The notes: generated by a model not told the origin, from the letters alone. 64,000 nt of DNA from an uncultured Actinomycetota bacterium (GCA_963756505.1 CAVWNG010000002.1:1285609-1349608); one strand, 5' to 3'; positions 43,242-56,209 are shown, numbered from the stretch's first letter. A program made the numbers and translations.

Positions 43242-44102
43242 ATGCGCGTCGTCGTCACCGGAGGTACGGGGAAAGCCGGGCAGTGGGTGGTGCGCTCCCT
43301 GGCCGAGGCAGGACACGACGTCGTCAACTTCGACCTCTTCGACCGGCCCGACCTGGAGCTTCCCGGCACGTTCTGCCGGGTCGACCTGACTGATGCCGGC
43401 AGGGTCTACGACGCTCTCTTCCAGTTCCGTCCCGAGGGCATCTGCCACCTCGCCGCGAACCCTGCTCCGAGCGGGCAGGCGCAGATCGACGTGTTCGCCA
43501 ACAACGTGTTGAGTGCCTACAACCTCATGCAGGCGGGCGGCGACGCCGGGGTGGCCCGCTTCGTCTACGCCTCGAGCGAGATGGCGACCGGCCTGCTGAC
43601 CGAGGGCGCGGTTCCCGGGCGCATCCCGTTCGACGAGACCGAGCGGCTGCCCTCACCCAACGCCTACGCCCTGAGCAAGTACCTCAGCGAGGTCATCGCC
43701 GACTCGCTCGCCGTGCGCTACCCCGAGACGGCCTGGGTGGGTCTCCGCATCAACAACGTGATCCCGCCGGACACCTACGACCGCTTCGCGGCCGAGTGGG
43801 AGGACCCGACCCTCAGCCAGTCCAACTTCTGGAGCTACATCGACGCCCGCGACGTCGGGACGGCCTACCTCGCCGCGCTCGAGGGGTCGAGCACGGGGCA
43901 CGAGGTCTGTCTGATCGCCGCCGCCGACACCCGCGCCAAGCGCGGACTCCGCGAGCTGATGGCGGAGCACTACCACGGGTTCGACAGCTTCGCCGACGAC
44001 TACGAGGACCCGAAGTCCGCCTTCGACTGCAGCCGGATGAAGCGGCTGTTCGGCTGGACCCCCACCCACAGCTGGCGTGACGAGACGTCCACGACGAGCT
44101 GA
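43242..44102 (+). CDS. NAD-dependent epimerase/dehydratase
   Basis: TGGTGKAG, HLAA, YALSK and WSYIDARD motifs. Confidence 0.88.
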   Translation: MRVVVTGGTGKAGQWVVRSLAEAGHDVVNFDLFDRPDLELPGTFCRVDLTDAGRVYDALFQFRPEGICHLAANPAPSGQAQIDVFANNVLSAYNLMQAGGDAGVARFVYASSEMATGLLTEGAVPGRIPFDETERLPSPNAYALSKYLSEVIADSLAVRYPETAWVGLRINNVIPPDTYDRFAAEWEDPTLSQSNFWSYIDARDVGTAYLAALEGSSTGHEVCLIAAADTRAKRGLRELMAEHYHGFDSFADDYEDPKSAFDCSRMKRLFGWTPTHSWRDETSTTS

Positions 44103-44170
44103 TGGTCATCGGAGCGGACCCTCAGGCGCGCTGAGCGCCCGGTTGTGGGTCCGACGCGTACGGTGTGCCC

Positions 44171-44836
44171 GTGAACGGGATCCAGGCGTATCTGCTGCTC
44201 GCGGTCTCGGTCCTGGTTGGATCGGCGCTGCCTTTCGTGCCCACCGGCGAGATGGTCAGTGGCGCGTCCGCGTTGGCCGCTCGCTCCGAGCTCAACGTCG
44301 TCCTGATCTTCGTGATCACCTGGCTGTGCTCGGTGATCGGTGACACGCTCATGCTGCTCGAGGCCCGCTGGGGACGGCGGCGGCTGCAGGCCTGGTTGAG
44401 CGGGCGCCGGTTCGCCACCCGGGTCACCGCCGCTCAAGGAGCTCTCACGGCGAACGCTTTCAACGCGGTCGTGACCGGTCGGCTGATCCCCGGCGGCCGG
44501 ACGCCCGTCATCGTGGCGCTCGGGCTGTCCCGGTTCCCCGTCAGGCGGTTCGTGCTGATCGACACGGTGGCCTGTGCGCTCTGGGCCGGCATCTACTCCA
44601 GCCTCGGCTTCGTCGGAGGACGCCTCGTCACCGACCCCGTGTGGGCGATGGCCATCGCGATCGGTTTCGCCGTGGCGGTGGGCCTGCTGGTCACCCAGGT
44701 GCACCGGCTGTGGCTGCGGCACCTCGACCGCCGGACCGCCCGTGCGGCCAGCCGACCTCTCCCGACGCCCGTGGGCGAGGAGGGTCCAGACCCCGACCCC
44801 AGCCGGAGCGGGGCACACCCGGTCGAGCAGGCCTGA
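44171..44836 (+). CDS. DedA family membrane protein
   Basis: PFVPTGE, IGD and GRLIPGGR motifs; -10 TACGGT 6 nt before GTG. Confidence 0.85.
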   Translation: MNGIQAYLLLAVSVLVGSALPFVPTGEMVSGASALAARSELNVVLIFVITWLCSVIGDTLMLLEARWGRRRLQAWLSGRRFATRVTAAQGALTANAFNAVVTGRLIPGGRTPVIVALGLSRFPVRRFVLIDTVACALWAGIYSSLGFVGGRLVTDPVWAMAIAIGFAVAVGLLVTQVHRLWLRHLDRRTARAASRPLPTPVGEEGPDPDPSRSGAHPVEQA

Positions 44837-44854
44837 CCGGCTCCGGACACAGAA

Positions 44855-44888
44855 CTGGCGCCGGTGCGAGGTTCCGCATCGGCGCCAG
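44855..44888. terminator. Hairpin between convergent genes
   Basis: CTGGCGCCGGTGCG / CGCATCGGCGCCAG stem. Confidence 0.6.
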
Positions 44889-44911
44889 CTCGGTGGTGGG
44901 CAGAACCGGAG

Positions 44912-45837
<926 letters not shown>

Positions 45838-45838
<1 letters not shown>

Positions 45839-46908
45839 CAGTGGTTGCCCCCCATCTGCTGCAGCGCCGGAACGGCCCCGGTCGCGGCGTCCTTGTCGCC
45901 CTTCTTCTTCTTGGACTTCTTCGGTGCGCTGTCGCCGATGACGTCGGCCCCCAGGATCTTCACGAACAGGAAGGCGATGAGGAGCACGTAGATGAACAGC
46001 ACGATGGCGTAGGCCGCCGCCGGCCCGTACCGCCCGGCGTTGGCCTCCAGATAGGCGAAGATCGACAGCGTCTCCACCCGGTACTTGCCCGGGCCGATCA
46101 TGCCGTAGGGCAGGTCGAACATCCGGAGGGTGTCGAGGGTGCGGAACAGCACGGCCACCACCAGGGTGGGCCGCACCATCGGGAGGGTGATCCGGATGAA
46201 CTGCTGCCAGGCCGTGGCGCCGTCGACCTTGGCGGCCTCGTAGACCTCGGCCGGGATGGTCTGCAGGCCGGCGAGGGTGAGCAGACCGATGAACGGGGCC
46301 GTCTTCCAGACGTCGGCGATGATCACCGCCCAGAAGGAGGACGCGGAGTCGGCGAGCCAGAGGATCTGGGTGCCCAGGATCCGGTTCGCCACACCGGCCT
46401 CGTCGAAGATCAGCTTCCACATGAGGGCCGACACGATGGTCGGGATGGCCCAGGGGACCAGGATGCCGGCGCGGACGATGCCGCGGCCCTTGAAGGCCTT
46501 GGCCATGATGAGTGCCATCGCCACGCCGAGGATCGTCTCGGCAACCACCGCCACGACCGTGATGAGGGTGGTGTTGACGAAGGCGTTGAGGAAGCGGCCC
46601 ATCTGCCCGTAGGAGCCAGCGACCGTGTCCTGGCCGCTGAAGATGGCCGTGAAGTTCTCGAGCCCGGAGAAGCGCTCCCCGCCGGCGACCAGACCGGTGG
46701 TGGGGTCGACCCCGGTGTTGCTCAGGAAGAAGGACTCGCGGATCGACATGAGCACGGGAATGCCCGCGACCACGATGATGACCAGCAGAGTCGGAGCCAA
46801 CAGAATCCAGGCCAATCGGCCCTGGCCGTCGCTCAGCGCATTCTTCTTGCGCTTGTGTCCGTCACTCGGTGCCGAGCGAACGGGTGATTCCGCGGTTGCG
46901 GTTGCCAT
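45838..46908 (-). CDS. Carbohydrate ABC transporter permease (SugA/MalF-like)
   Basis: PWAIPT, ADVWKTAPF and EVYEAAKVDGA motifs. Confidence 0.93.
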
Positions 46909-46939
46909 GCTACCTACCTCCCCTTGTGAAAGGCGCCGA

Positions 46940-46970
46940 ATCCCGGTACCGCACGCGGCGGCACCGGGAT
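46940..46970 (-). terminator. Intercistronic hairpin after the solute-binding protein gene
   Basis: ATCCCGGTGCCGC / GCGGTACCGGGAT stem on the minus strand. Confidence 0.55.
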
Positions 46971-46983
46971 CCGTCGGGAACCA

Positions 46984-48303
46984 CTAGTTCTGGATCAGAC
47001 CTTCGAGCTTGGTCTGCAGCCCGGCCAAGGCGGCCTCAGGCTCGGTCTGACCCTGCAGGGTGCCGTAGGCGGCATCCTGGATGGCCAGCGTGACGTCGCC
47101 GTACTTCACCGCAACCGGTCGCGGCTGGGCCGTCTCGATCGACTTGAGCAGGATCGGCATGTACGGGTACTTCTTCAGCACGTCGGGGTCGGTGTAGAGC
47201 TCGCTCCGGGTCGGCGCTGCCGACGTCGCGATGATGTTCGACTTCTGGACCTCCGGCGAGGCGAAGTACTTGATGAAGTCGGCCGCGGTGCCCTTGTTCT
47301 CGGCGTTGGCGGCGATGGCGAAGTTGTGACCGCCCAGGCTGGAGACGCCCGGTCCGGCGACGCCCGGCAGCGGCGCCACGTCGAACTTCCCGGCGACCTT
47401 GGACGAGCCGTCGTCCTTGGACGCCAGCGCGTACACGTAGGGCCAGTTGCGGTGGAAGATCAGCTCGCCGTCCTGGAAGGCCTGGCGACCCTGCTCCTCC
47501 TGCCAGGTGATGGCACCCTTCGGGATCGTGCCGTCGTCGAACATGCCCTTCAGCGCGCTCAGACCAGCGGTCGCCTCGGGGGTGTTGACGTTGGGGTTGC
47601 CGTCCTCACCCACGATGTCGCCGTTCGCGCTGTTGACGGCCTCGGCGAAGTTCACCGTCAGGCCCTCGTACTTCTGGTACTGGCCGGCGAAGCAGTTGAG
47701 GTTCTTGTCGCCCTCGCCGTCCTGGATGGTCTCGCAGGCCGCCTTCATCTCGTCGAAGGTGGTGGGTGGCTCCAGGTCGTACTTCTCCAGCAGGTCCTTG
47801 CGGTAGTACAGCAGCCCGCCGTCAGAGGACGTCGGGTAGGCGTAGACCTTGTTGAAGTAGGTGGCGGTGTTCACCGTGGCGGGCAGGAAGTCCTGCGTGG
47901 GGAACTGGTCGTCCGGCAGCGGGACGACGTAGCCGTTGGCGGCGAACTCAGCGGTCCAGACCACATCCACGCTCAGGACGGCCATCTTGGTGTCCTTGAT
48001 CTGGGTGTTCTGGATCATCTGCTGACGCTGCTGGTCGGCGTTGTCCGGCAGCTCGCGCAGGGTGACCTGCTCGTCCGGGTGGTCCTTGTTCCAGTCGGCG
48101 ATGATGTTCTTGACGTTGCCGGAGGTGTCCTTGCCCTGCCAGTACTCGATCGGGCCCTTCTTGGTCAGGTCGACGGCAGGAGCGGACGAGGTGCCCGCGG
48201 CGGGAGTGTCGCTGCTGCTCCCACCGCACGCGGCGGCGGCGAGCAGGGCGGTCAGTGATGCGGCAGCGATCAGAACACGCCGCGCGGGACGAGCGGAAGT
48301 CAT
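46984..48303 (-). CDS. Sugar ABC solute-binding lipoprotein (trehalose/maltose LpqY-like)
   Basis: Lipobox AAAC, DVVWTAEFA, YEGLTVNF and RNWPY motifs. Confidence 0.9.
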   Translation of the reverse strand: MTSARPARRVLIAAASLTALLAAAACGGSSSDTPAAGTSSAPAVDLTKKGPIEYWQGKDTSGNVKNIIADWNKDHPDEQVTLRELPDNADQQRQQMIQNTQIKDTKMAVLSVDVVWTAEFAANGYVVPLPDDQFPTQDFLPATVNTATYFNKVYAYPTSSDGGLLYYRKDLLEKYDLEPPTTFDEMKAACETIQDGEGDKNLNCFAGQYQKYEGLTVNFAEAVNSANGDIVGEDGNPNVNTPEATAGLSALKGMFDDGTIPKGAITWQEEQGRQAFQDGELIFHRNWPYVYALASKDDGSSKVAGKFDVAPLPGVAGPGVSSLGGHNFAIAANAENKGTAADFIKYFASPEVQKSNIIATSAAPTRSELYTDPDVLKKYPYMPILLKSIETAQPRPVAVKYGDVTLAIQDAAYGTLQGQTEPEAALAGLQTKLEGLIQN

Positions 48304-48362
48304 ACAGGCCTCACTTCGTTGTCGAGGTGGCACCCATCCGTTGGTGCCACCCGGCCAATGTA

Positions 48363-48378
48363 GATGATCTGGGTCACA
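48363..48378. promoter_or_regulatory. Possible CRP/GlxR site upstream of the sugar ABC operon
   Basis: Minus-strand TGTGA-CCCAGA-TCATC, 8/10 match to TGTGA-N6-TCACA. Confidence 0.4.
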
Positions 48379-48477
48379 AAACCACAGGACCCCTTCTGAG
48401 CGGCGGTCACGACTCGCCATCGATCAGCAGATCCCGGTCGAGCTCGCTGCTCCGCCTGCGGGCCGTGCAGAACCGGC

Positions 48478-48819
48478 TCAGAGGTAGAGGCCGGTCTGGC
48501 CGTCCGGGCGGCGTTCCTCGGCCACAGCGTGCAGGTCCCGCTCGCGCAGCAGCACGTAGTCGCGGCCGCGGACCTCGACCTCGGCCCGGTCCTCGGGGTC
48601 GAACAGCACCCGGTCGCCCACCTTGACCACGCGCACCGAGGAGCCTGCCGCCACCACCTCGCCCCAGACCAGTCGACGGCCGATGGCCACGGTGGCGGGG
48701 ATCAGGATGCCGCCGCCGCTGCGTCGCTCACCGCCCTCGGCGTCGGTGGAGACCAGGACGCGGTCGTGCAGCATGCGGAGCGGGAGCGGCTGCTCCGCAG
48801 GCGTCTCCGGAGGAGACAA
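48478..48819 (-). CDS. Stand-alone GroES family co-chaperonin
   Basis: LRMLHDRVLV, GGILIPAT, VKVGDRVLF and LLRERDL motifs; no groEL adjacent. Confidence 0.88.
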   Translation of the reverse strand: MSPPETPAEQPLPLRMLHDRVLVSTDAEGGERRSGGGILIPATVAIGRRLVWGEVVAAGSSVRVVKVGDRVLFDPEDRAEVEVRGRDYVLLRERDLHAVAEERRPDGQTGLYL

Positions 48820-48821
48820 GG

Positions 48822-49127
48822 TCAGCCGCGACGGCGGCGCAGGTGCGCGCGCACGGCGAGGAGCAGGACCACCGCGCCGGCCGTGGCACCCCCGACGATG
48901 CTGATGCGTTCGGTGCGCAGGTCACCGCGCGCGTTGAAGACCAGGGACTTGGCCTTCTCGATCTCGGTGTGCAGGAACCGCTTGGCGCCGGCGACCTGAC
49001 GCTGCTTGACCCGCTGCGGGTGCACCTGGTCGATGAGCGCCTCGACAGCGGCCGCGAGACGGTCGCGGGTGGCCCCCAGGTCGGCTTGGATCTGGTCGGC
49101 GTCCCGGTCCGGTCGGCTGCTGGCCAC
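48822..49127 (-). CDS. DUF3618 domain protein
   Basis: IQADLGATRDRLAAAVEALIDQVHP, C-terminal TM; GGAGA SD. Confidence 0.8.
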   Translation of the reverse strand: MASSRPDRDADQIQADLGATRDRLAAAVEALIDQVHPQRVKQRQVAGAKRFLHTEIEKAKSLVFNARGDLRTERISIVGGATAGAVVLLLAVRAHLRRRRG

Positions 49128-49276
49128 GTGAGGATCTCCTCGATGGTGCGGTCACGACCACGGCAGCTGCCGTGGTCCGGCCTCAGCGTATTGCAGCGGA
49201 GCCGGGGCTGCTGCGCGACCCGTTCCGCGGGCGGACCTGGCGCCCGCAGGCACAGCGCCGCCGCTAGGGTCGAACC

Positions 49277-49756
49277 ATGACGACCCGACTGGCGGCCGGC
49301 GACCCCGCTCCGTCCTTCACCCTTCCCGACGCCGACGGCAAGGACGTGTCGCTGTCCGACTTCGCCGGCCAGCGCGTCATCGTCTACTTCTACCCGGCCG
49401 CCATGACGCCGGGCTGCACCACCCAGGCGGTCGACTTCACCGCGGCCATGGACGAGCTGAGCGCCGGCGGTCTGCACGTCCTCGGCATCTCCCCCGACGC
49501 TCCGGCCCGGTTGGCCGAGTTCCGTGCGCAGCACTCGGTGGCCTTCCCCCTGCTGTCCGACGCCGAGCGGACCACCCTGGGGGCCTACGGCGCCTACGGC
49601 GAGAAGCTGCTCTACGGCAAGCTCGTCGAGGGCGTCATCCGCTCCACGTTCGTCGTCGACGTCAACAAGTCCGGGACCGGGACGGTCTCCGTCGCGCAGT
49701 ACAACGTCCGGGCCGCCGGGCACGTCGCCAAGCTCCGCCGCGAGCTCGGCCTCTGA
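49277..49756 (+). CDS. bcp: Peroxiredoxin Bcp/PrxQ
   Basis: YFYPAAMTPGCTTQA and IRSTF motifs. Confidence 0.93.
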   Translation: MTTRLAAGDPAPSFTLPDADGKDVSLSDFAGQRVIVYFYPAAMTPGCTTQAVDFTAAMDELSAGGLHVLGISPDAPARLAEFRAQHSVAFPLLSDAERTTLGAYGAYGEKLLYGKLVEGVIRSTFVVDVNKSGTGTVSVAQYNVRAAGHVAKLRRELGL

Positions 49757-49801
49757 GCCGGGGACCGGCCAGGCCGGTCGCTGCCCGGGAGCTCTGGGTT
49801 C

Positions 49802-49887
49802 TGGTGCCGGAGAAGGGACTCGAACCCTCACGCTCATGGAGCACAGGAACCTAAATCCTGCGTGTCTGCCAGTTCCACCACTCCGGC
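49802..49887 (-). tRNA. tRNA-Leu (anticodon TAG)
   Basis: GCCGGAGTGGTGGAA...TT TAG GT, long variable arm, GGTTCGAGTCC, encoded CCA; 86 nt. Confidence 0.95.
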
Positions 49888-49898
49888 GCGGCCGCAGC

Positions 49899-50402
49899 CT
49901 ACCCCTGGTGCCGCGTCCCCCGTCGCTCGTAGCGCACGAAGGCGTGGCCCGGGTGCGGCTCCCGTGACGTCTCCAGCCACTCGGCCTCGTCCACGGCCGG
50001 GAAGAACACGTCACCGGCCGGCTCGGCGTCCACCTCGGTGACCTCGAGGGCGTCCAACCGGCCCCATGCGGCCCGGTAGACCTGGCCCCCGCCGGCCACC
50101 ACCACGAGCCGCTCGTCCAGGGCGAGCGCCCGGTCGAGAGCGGCGTCGACGTCGGCGTGCACCTCGACCCCGTCGGGGGCGAACCCCGGGTCCCGGCTGA
50201 CCACCAAGGTCGTGCGCCCGGGCAGGGGCCGGCCGATCGAGTCGTAGGTCAGCCGCCCCATCACCAGGGGGTGACCGAGGGTGAGTCGCCGGAACCGGGC
50301 CTGGTCCCCGGGCACGTGCCAGGGGATGTCGAGCCCGTTGCCGATGACCCCGTTCCGGGCCACCGCGACGACCGCCACCACCTCCGCGCGCTGCCGGTGC
50401 AC
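49899..50402 (-). CDS. folA: Dihydrofolate reductase
   Basis: NGVIG..IPW, MGRLTY, RPLPGR, AGGGQVY and GDVFFP motifs. Confidence 0.93.
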   Translation of the reverse strand: MHRQRAEVVAVVAVARNGVIGNGLDIPWHVPGDQARFRRLTLGHPLVMGRLTYDSIGRPLPGRTTLVVSRDPGFAPDGVEVHADVDAALDRALALDERLVVVAGGGQVYRAAWGRLDALEVTEVDAEPAGDVFFPAVDEAEWLETSREPHPGHAFVRYERRGTRHQG

Positions 50403-50405
50403 GGC

Positions 50406-51224
50406 TCAGACCGCGATCGGGGCTCGGATGCCGGGGTGCGGGTCGTAGCCCTGCACGACGACGTCCGCCATCGTGAAGCCGTCGATGCTGCGCACCTCCG
50501 GGTTGAGCTGCAGCACCGGCAGCGGCCGGGGGTCGCGCTCGAGCTGCCGCCGGGCCTGCTCGAGGTGGTTCAGGTACAGGTGGGCGTCCCCCAGGGTGTG
50601 CACCAGCTCTCCGACCTCGAGGTCGCAGACCTGCGCGACGAGGTGGGTGAGCAGGGCGTAGGAGGCGATGTTGAACGGCACGCCGAGGAAGACGTCGGCC
50701 GAGCGCTGGTAGAGCTGGCAGGACAACCGGCCACGACCACCGGAACCCTCCGCGGGCGGGGCGACGTAGAACTGGAACAGGGTGTGGCAGGGCGGCAGGG
50801 CCATGCGGTCGATCTCGGCCACGTTCCAGGCACTGACCAGGTGGCGGCGGGAGTCGGGGTTGGACCGGATCGACTCCACCACCGCGGCGAGCTGGTCGAC
50901 GTGCCTTCCGTCCGGGGTGGGCCAGGATCGCCACTGGGAGCCGTAGACGGGTCCCAGCTCGCCGTCCTCGTCGGCCCACTCGTCCCAGATCGTCACCCCC
51001 TGCTCGTGCAGCCAGCCCACGTTCGTGGAGCCGGAGACGAACCACAAGAGCTCGGCCACCACCGAGCGGACGTGGATCTTCTTGGTGGTGACCAGCGGGA
51101 ACCCGGCGGCGAGGTCGAAACGCATCTGGTGGCCGAAGATGCTGAGCGTGCCGGTGCCCGTGCGGTCACCCTTGGCCACCCCGGTCTCCAGCACCTGCCG
51201 CAGCAGGTCGAGGTAGGCCTTCAC
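50406..51224 (-). CDS. thyA: Thymidylate synthase
   Basis: [29 protein letters not shown] and HLYLNH motifs. Confidence 0.96.
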   Translation of the reverse strand: MKAYLDLLRQVLETGVAKGDRTGTGTLSIFGHQMRFDLAAGFPLVTTKKIHVRSVVAELLWFVSGSTNVGWLHEQGVTIWDEWADEDGELGPVYGSQWRSWPTPDGRHVDQLAAVVESIRSNPDSRRHLVSAWNVAEIDRMALPPCHTLFQFYVAPPAEGSGGRGRLSCQLYQRSADVFLGVPFNIASYALLTHLVAQVCDLEVGELVHTLGDAHLYLNHLEQARRQLERDPRPLPVLQLNPEVRSIDGFTMADVVVQGYDPHPGIRAPIAV

Positions 51225-51890
51225 CGCGCACCCGCCGCCACGCCGACGGTCCGGCGCAGCTCGTCCACCAGGACCGGCACCAGGGAACGGATGGCCTGCC
51301 CGCGGTGGCTGATGGCGTCCTTGGCTGCGGCGTCCAGTTCCGCAGTGCTCTGGTCGGACCCGTCCGGCACGAACAGAGGGTCGTAGCCGAAGCCGTTGGT
51401 CCCCGCCGGCGCCGAGCGCAGGTGGCCGGGCAGGGTGCCCAGGCGCACGTGCTCGGTTCCGTCGGGCAGCACCAGGGCCATCGCGCAGACGAAGCTCCCC
51501 CGCCGCTGCTCGGGGCCCTCGAGGTCGAACAGCTGGCGCAGCAGCAGCGCGTTGTTGGACGCGTCCGTCGCGTCGGCGCCCGACCAGCGCGCCGAGCGCA
51601 CGCCCGGCATGCCGTTCAGCCGGTCGACGGCCAGGCCGGAGTCGTCCGCCACCGCCGGCAGGCCCGTGGCCGCGACGCAGGCGCGGGCCTTGAGCAGCGC
51701 GTTGCCCTCGAAGGTCTGCTCGGTCTCGGCCGGCTCGGGGTAGGCGGGGACGTCGGCCAGTGCGAGCACCTCGACGTCCGGTGCGGCCTGCAGCCACGAT
51801 CCGCCGCAGCTCGAGGAGCTTCTTGGCGTTGTTCGTGGCCAGCACCACCCGGCTGCCGGCGGTCTCGGGTCGAGCACCGGGCTCAGGCAA
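51221..51890 (-). CDS. rdgB: RdgB/HAM1 non-canonical purine NTP pyrophosphatase, frameshift at ~51794
   Basis: LATNNAKK in the frame from 51890; [22 protein letters not shown] and SHR in the shifted frame. Confidence 0.88.
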
Positions 51891-52614
51891 GGGTCGCCTC
51901 CAGCGCCGCCCGCTGCAGCCGCGTGAGCTCTGCGCAGCCGGCGGTGCCGAGGTCCAGCAGCTCGTCCAGCACGCCGCGGTCGAACGGGGCGCCCTCGGCC
52001 GTGCCCTGCACCTCGACGAAGGTGCCGCTCCCGCTCATCACGATGTTCATGTCGGTGTCGGCCGCGGAGTCCTCGGTGTAGCAGAGGTCGAGCATCGGCG
52101 TCCCACCGACGACGCCGACCGACACCGCGGCGACGCTGTCCACCAGCGGCTCACCGGCCAGGGCGTTGCGCCCGCGGAGCCAGCCGACGGCGTCGGCCAG
52201 CGCGACGTACGCGCCGGTGATGGAGGCGGTCCGGGTGCCGCCGTCGGCCTGCAGCACGTCGCAGTCGAGCACGATGGTGTTCTCGCCCAGAGCCTTGTAG
52301 TCGATCACCGCCCGCAGGCTCCGCCCGATCAGCCGGCTGATCTCGTGCGTGCGGCCGCCGATCCGCCCCTTGACCGACTCGCGGTCGCTGCGGGTGTTGG
52401 TGGCCCGGGGCAGCATCGCGTACTCGCTGGTGACCCAGCCGAGCCCGGAGCCCTTCCGCCAGCGCGGCACCCCCTCGGTGACGCTGGCGGCGACGAGCAC
52501 GCGGGTCTGGCCGTACTCCACCAGCACCGACCCCTCGGCCTGGCTGAGCCAGTTGCGGGTGAAGCGCACCTCCCGCAGCTGGTCGAGGTCGCGTCCGTCG
52601 GCTCGTGAGGTCAT
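51883..52614 (-). CDS. rph: Ribonuclease PH
   Basis: [28 protein letters not shown] and EVQGTAE motifs. Confidence 0.96.
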   Translation of the reverse strand: MTSRADGRDLDQLREVRFTRNWLSQAEGSVLVEYGQTRVLVAASVTEGVPRWRKGSGLGWVTSEYAMLPRATNTRSDRESVKGRIGGRTHEISRLIGRSLRAVIDYKALGENTIVLDCDVLQADGGTRTASITGAYVALADAVGWLRGRNALAGEPLVDSVAAVSVGVVGGTPMLDLCYTEDSAADTDMNIVMSGSGTFVEVQGTAEGAPFDRGVLDELLDLGTAGCAELTRLQRAALEATLA

Positions 52615-52624
52615 GCCTTGCACT

Positions 52625-53458
52625 CTATTTGTCCCCGCTGACAGTGCCGGGCCGCGACCATCGGGAGGGCCCGATGGTCCACGCCGCTCCCGGGGAGGCC
52701 AGGCTGACCGGTCCGTCGTAGTGCGGCAGGGCCTCGGCGAGCACGGCGTCGCGGTCGTGCCAGGGCGGGATGTGGGTCAGCACGAGCGCCGCCACCCCGG
52801 CCCGCTGCGCCGCCTCCGCCGCGTCCCGGCCCGAGAGGTGCAGCCCGGGCGGGTTACCCGGGACGTCGCGGAAGGAGGCCTCCGCGAGCAGCAGGTCGGC
52901 TCCCACGGCGAGCTCGTCGAGCGCCTGGCAGGGACCGGTGTCCCCGGTGAAGACGAGGCTGCCGCCGTCGGGCACCTCCTCGGTCACGCGGACGGCGTAG
53001 GTCTCCACCGGGTGGTCGACCCGGGCGGTGTCGAGGCGGAAGGGCCCCAGTCGCTGGCTCGGCAGCCAGTCCCGGTGGTCGAAGTGGTCGCCGATGCCGG
53101 GGCCCAGGTCGGGAGGGGGGTCGTCCTCACCCGGCACCCGGTAGGCCGCGACCAGCCGGTCCCGGGTCCCGGGCGGGCCGAGCAGCGGGATGGCGGGCCA
53201 GGGCGCGGACGGGGAGTAGCGCGCCCCCACGTAGTAGGCGCACAGGTCGAGGCAGTGGTCGGGGTGCAGGTGGCTGAGCGCGACGGCGTCGACGTCCCGG
53301 GGGTCCAGATGGCGGTAGAGCGCCCCCAGGGAGCCGGGACCCAGGTCGATCACGAGCGCGAAGGTTCCGCCCCGGAAGGGTGCACGGACCAGGTAGCTGG
53401 ACGCGGGCGAGTCGGGGCCGGGCACCGACCCGCTGCACCCCACGATCGTCAGCTCCAC
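52625..53458 (-). CDS. MBL-fold metallohydrolase (Rv1339-like phosphodiesterase)
   Basis: GCSGS, SHLHPDH, TGDT and LTHIPPW motifs; lies between murI and rph. Confidence 0.88.
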   Translation of the reverse strand: MELTIVGCSGSVPGPDSPASSYLVRAPFRGGTFALVIDLGPGSLGALYRHLDPRDVDAVALSHLHPDHCLDLCAYYVGARYSPSAPWPAIPLLGPPGTRDRLVAAYRVPGEDDPPPDLGPGIGDHFDHRDWLPSQRLGPFRLDTARVDHPVETYAVRVTEEVPDGGSLVFTGDTGPCQALDELAVGADLLLAEASFRDVPGNPPGLHLSGRDAAEAAQRAGVAALVLTHIPPWHDRDAVLAEALPHYDGPVSLASPGAAWTIGPSRWSRPGTVSGDK

Positions 53459-53471
53459 ACCGGTCCCCCGC

Positions 53472-54297
53472 TCACGCGAACTGCTCCACACCGACGACGA
53501 GGCCGCCCATCAGCCGTCGCCCGACACCCTCGAAGGCCTCCGGGTTGCCGGTGGTGAGGAAGCGGTGCGAGGTCGGCCGCGGGACGTCGTGAGTCAGCCG
53601 GTGCCGGGTGAGCACCGCGTACACCTCCTTGGCGCACTCGTCGGCGCTGGAGACGAGGGTGACGCCGTCGCCGAGCACGTAGGACAGGACCCCCGTCAGC
53701 AGCGGGTAGTGCGTGCAGCCCAGGACGAGGGTGTCGATGCCGTCCGCGCGCAGCGGGGCGAGGTACTCCTCGGCGCAGGCGAGCAGCTCGGCACCGCCGG
53801 TCACCCCGGCCTCGACGAACGGGACGAAACGGGGGCAGGGCACCGTCCGGAGCCGGACCTGGGGTGCTGCGGCGAAGGCGTCGTCGTAGGCCTGGGACGT
53901 CGCGGTCGCCGTCGGTGCAGATGACACCCACCCGCCCGCTGCGGGTGGCCGCGACCGCGCGGCGGGCAGCGGGCAGGATCACCTCGACCACGGGGACCGC
54001 GTAGCGCTCGCGCGCGTCCCGCAGGACTGCGGCGCTGGCGGAGTTGCAGGCGATGACCAGGGCCTTCACCCCCTGGTCGACGAGGTGGTCCAGGCACTCC
54101 AGGGCGAACTCCCGCACGCTCGCGATGGGCTGCTCGCCGTAGGGCGCCCGCGCGGTGTCGCCCAGGTAGACGATGTCCTCGTGCGGCAGCTGGTCGATCA
54201 CAGCACGGGCGACGGTCAGCCCGCCGAACCCGGAGTCGAAGATCCCGACCGGCGCCTCGGTGTTCCCGGCAGGAGCTGGTCCGGCGTCGAGGGTCAC
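53472..54297 (-). CDS. murI: Glutamate racemase, frameshift at ~53912
   Basis: [10 protein letters not shown] and IACNSA in ORF 53449-54297; LGCTHYP in ORF 53472-53927. Confidence 0.9.
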
Positions 54298-54352
54298 GGC
54301 CGGAGAGTCTACGGGCCGGTGGTGCCGCGGTCGGCCGGAGCCGACCGGGGCG

Positions 54353-55596
<1,244 letters not shown>

Positions 55597-55646
55597 GGTC
55601 CTCCCTCTCTTCGCCGCGCGACCTGCGTCGCGCACACGGTGGGTCC

Positions 55647-55672
55647 AACACCCGCCCGCCGGACGCTATTCC
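55647..55672 (-). promoter_or_regulatory. SigR/SigH-type promoter for cysO-cysM
   Basis: GGAAT-N18-GTT, an exact match to the ECF thiol-stress consensus; -35 overlaps the mec stop. Confidence 0.75.
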
Positions 55673-56112
55673 GCGGCGAGGGCTCCCGGCACCTCGTCGA
55701 CGACGGTGAGCTCCTCCTCGACCACCCGCCCGTCCACGATCCGGTAGGAGCGGATCGACACCGGCCCCTCGCCGGACCCGCACTCGGCGGTGGAGACGAG
55801 CACGTAGTGGGCCTGCGGCTCCGAGGCGTACGCGATGTCGGTGCGTGAGGGGTACGCCTCGGTCGCGGTGTGGGAGTGGTAGACCACGACGATCTCCTCG
55901 TCGGCGTCATCCATCGCCTGGTACAGCCGGAGCTGCTCGGTCGGGTCGAACCGGAAGAAGGTGGGTGAGCGGTCCGCGTTGGTCATGGCCACGAAGCGGG
56001 TGGGGGTGTCCGCCCCGGCCGGTCCGACGACGACGCCGCAGGCCTCGTCCGGGTGGTCAGCACGGGCGTGGGCGACCATGGCGTCCACGTGGGCACGGGC
56101 GATGCTCAGCAC
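55666..56112 (-). CDS. mec: JAMM/M67 metallopeptidase Mec
   Basis: EACG and YHSHT..AYPSRTD JAMM motif. Confidence 0.92.
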   Translation of the reverse strand: MLSIARAHVDAMVAHARADHPDEACGVVVGPAGADTPTRFVAMTNADRSPTFFRFDPTEQLRLYQAMDDADEEIVVVYHSHTATEAYPSRTDIAYASEPQAHYVLVSTAECGSGEGPVSIRSYRIVDGRVVEEELTVVDEVPGALAAE

Positions 56113-56209
56113 GGCGGCGAGCCTAGGCTCCGGCCGACGGCGGGGCGGGGGCATCCGCGCACTGAGACCGTCGTCCGCCGGTGGGAAGCGGGCCTGCGCG
56201 TCGCCGGGG

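Noticed and set aside
53900-53925. Programmed ribosomal frameshift in murI or the other broken genes
   Set aside because: No slippery heptamer or stimulatory structure; the pattern fits sequencing error
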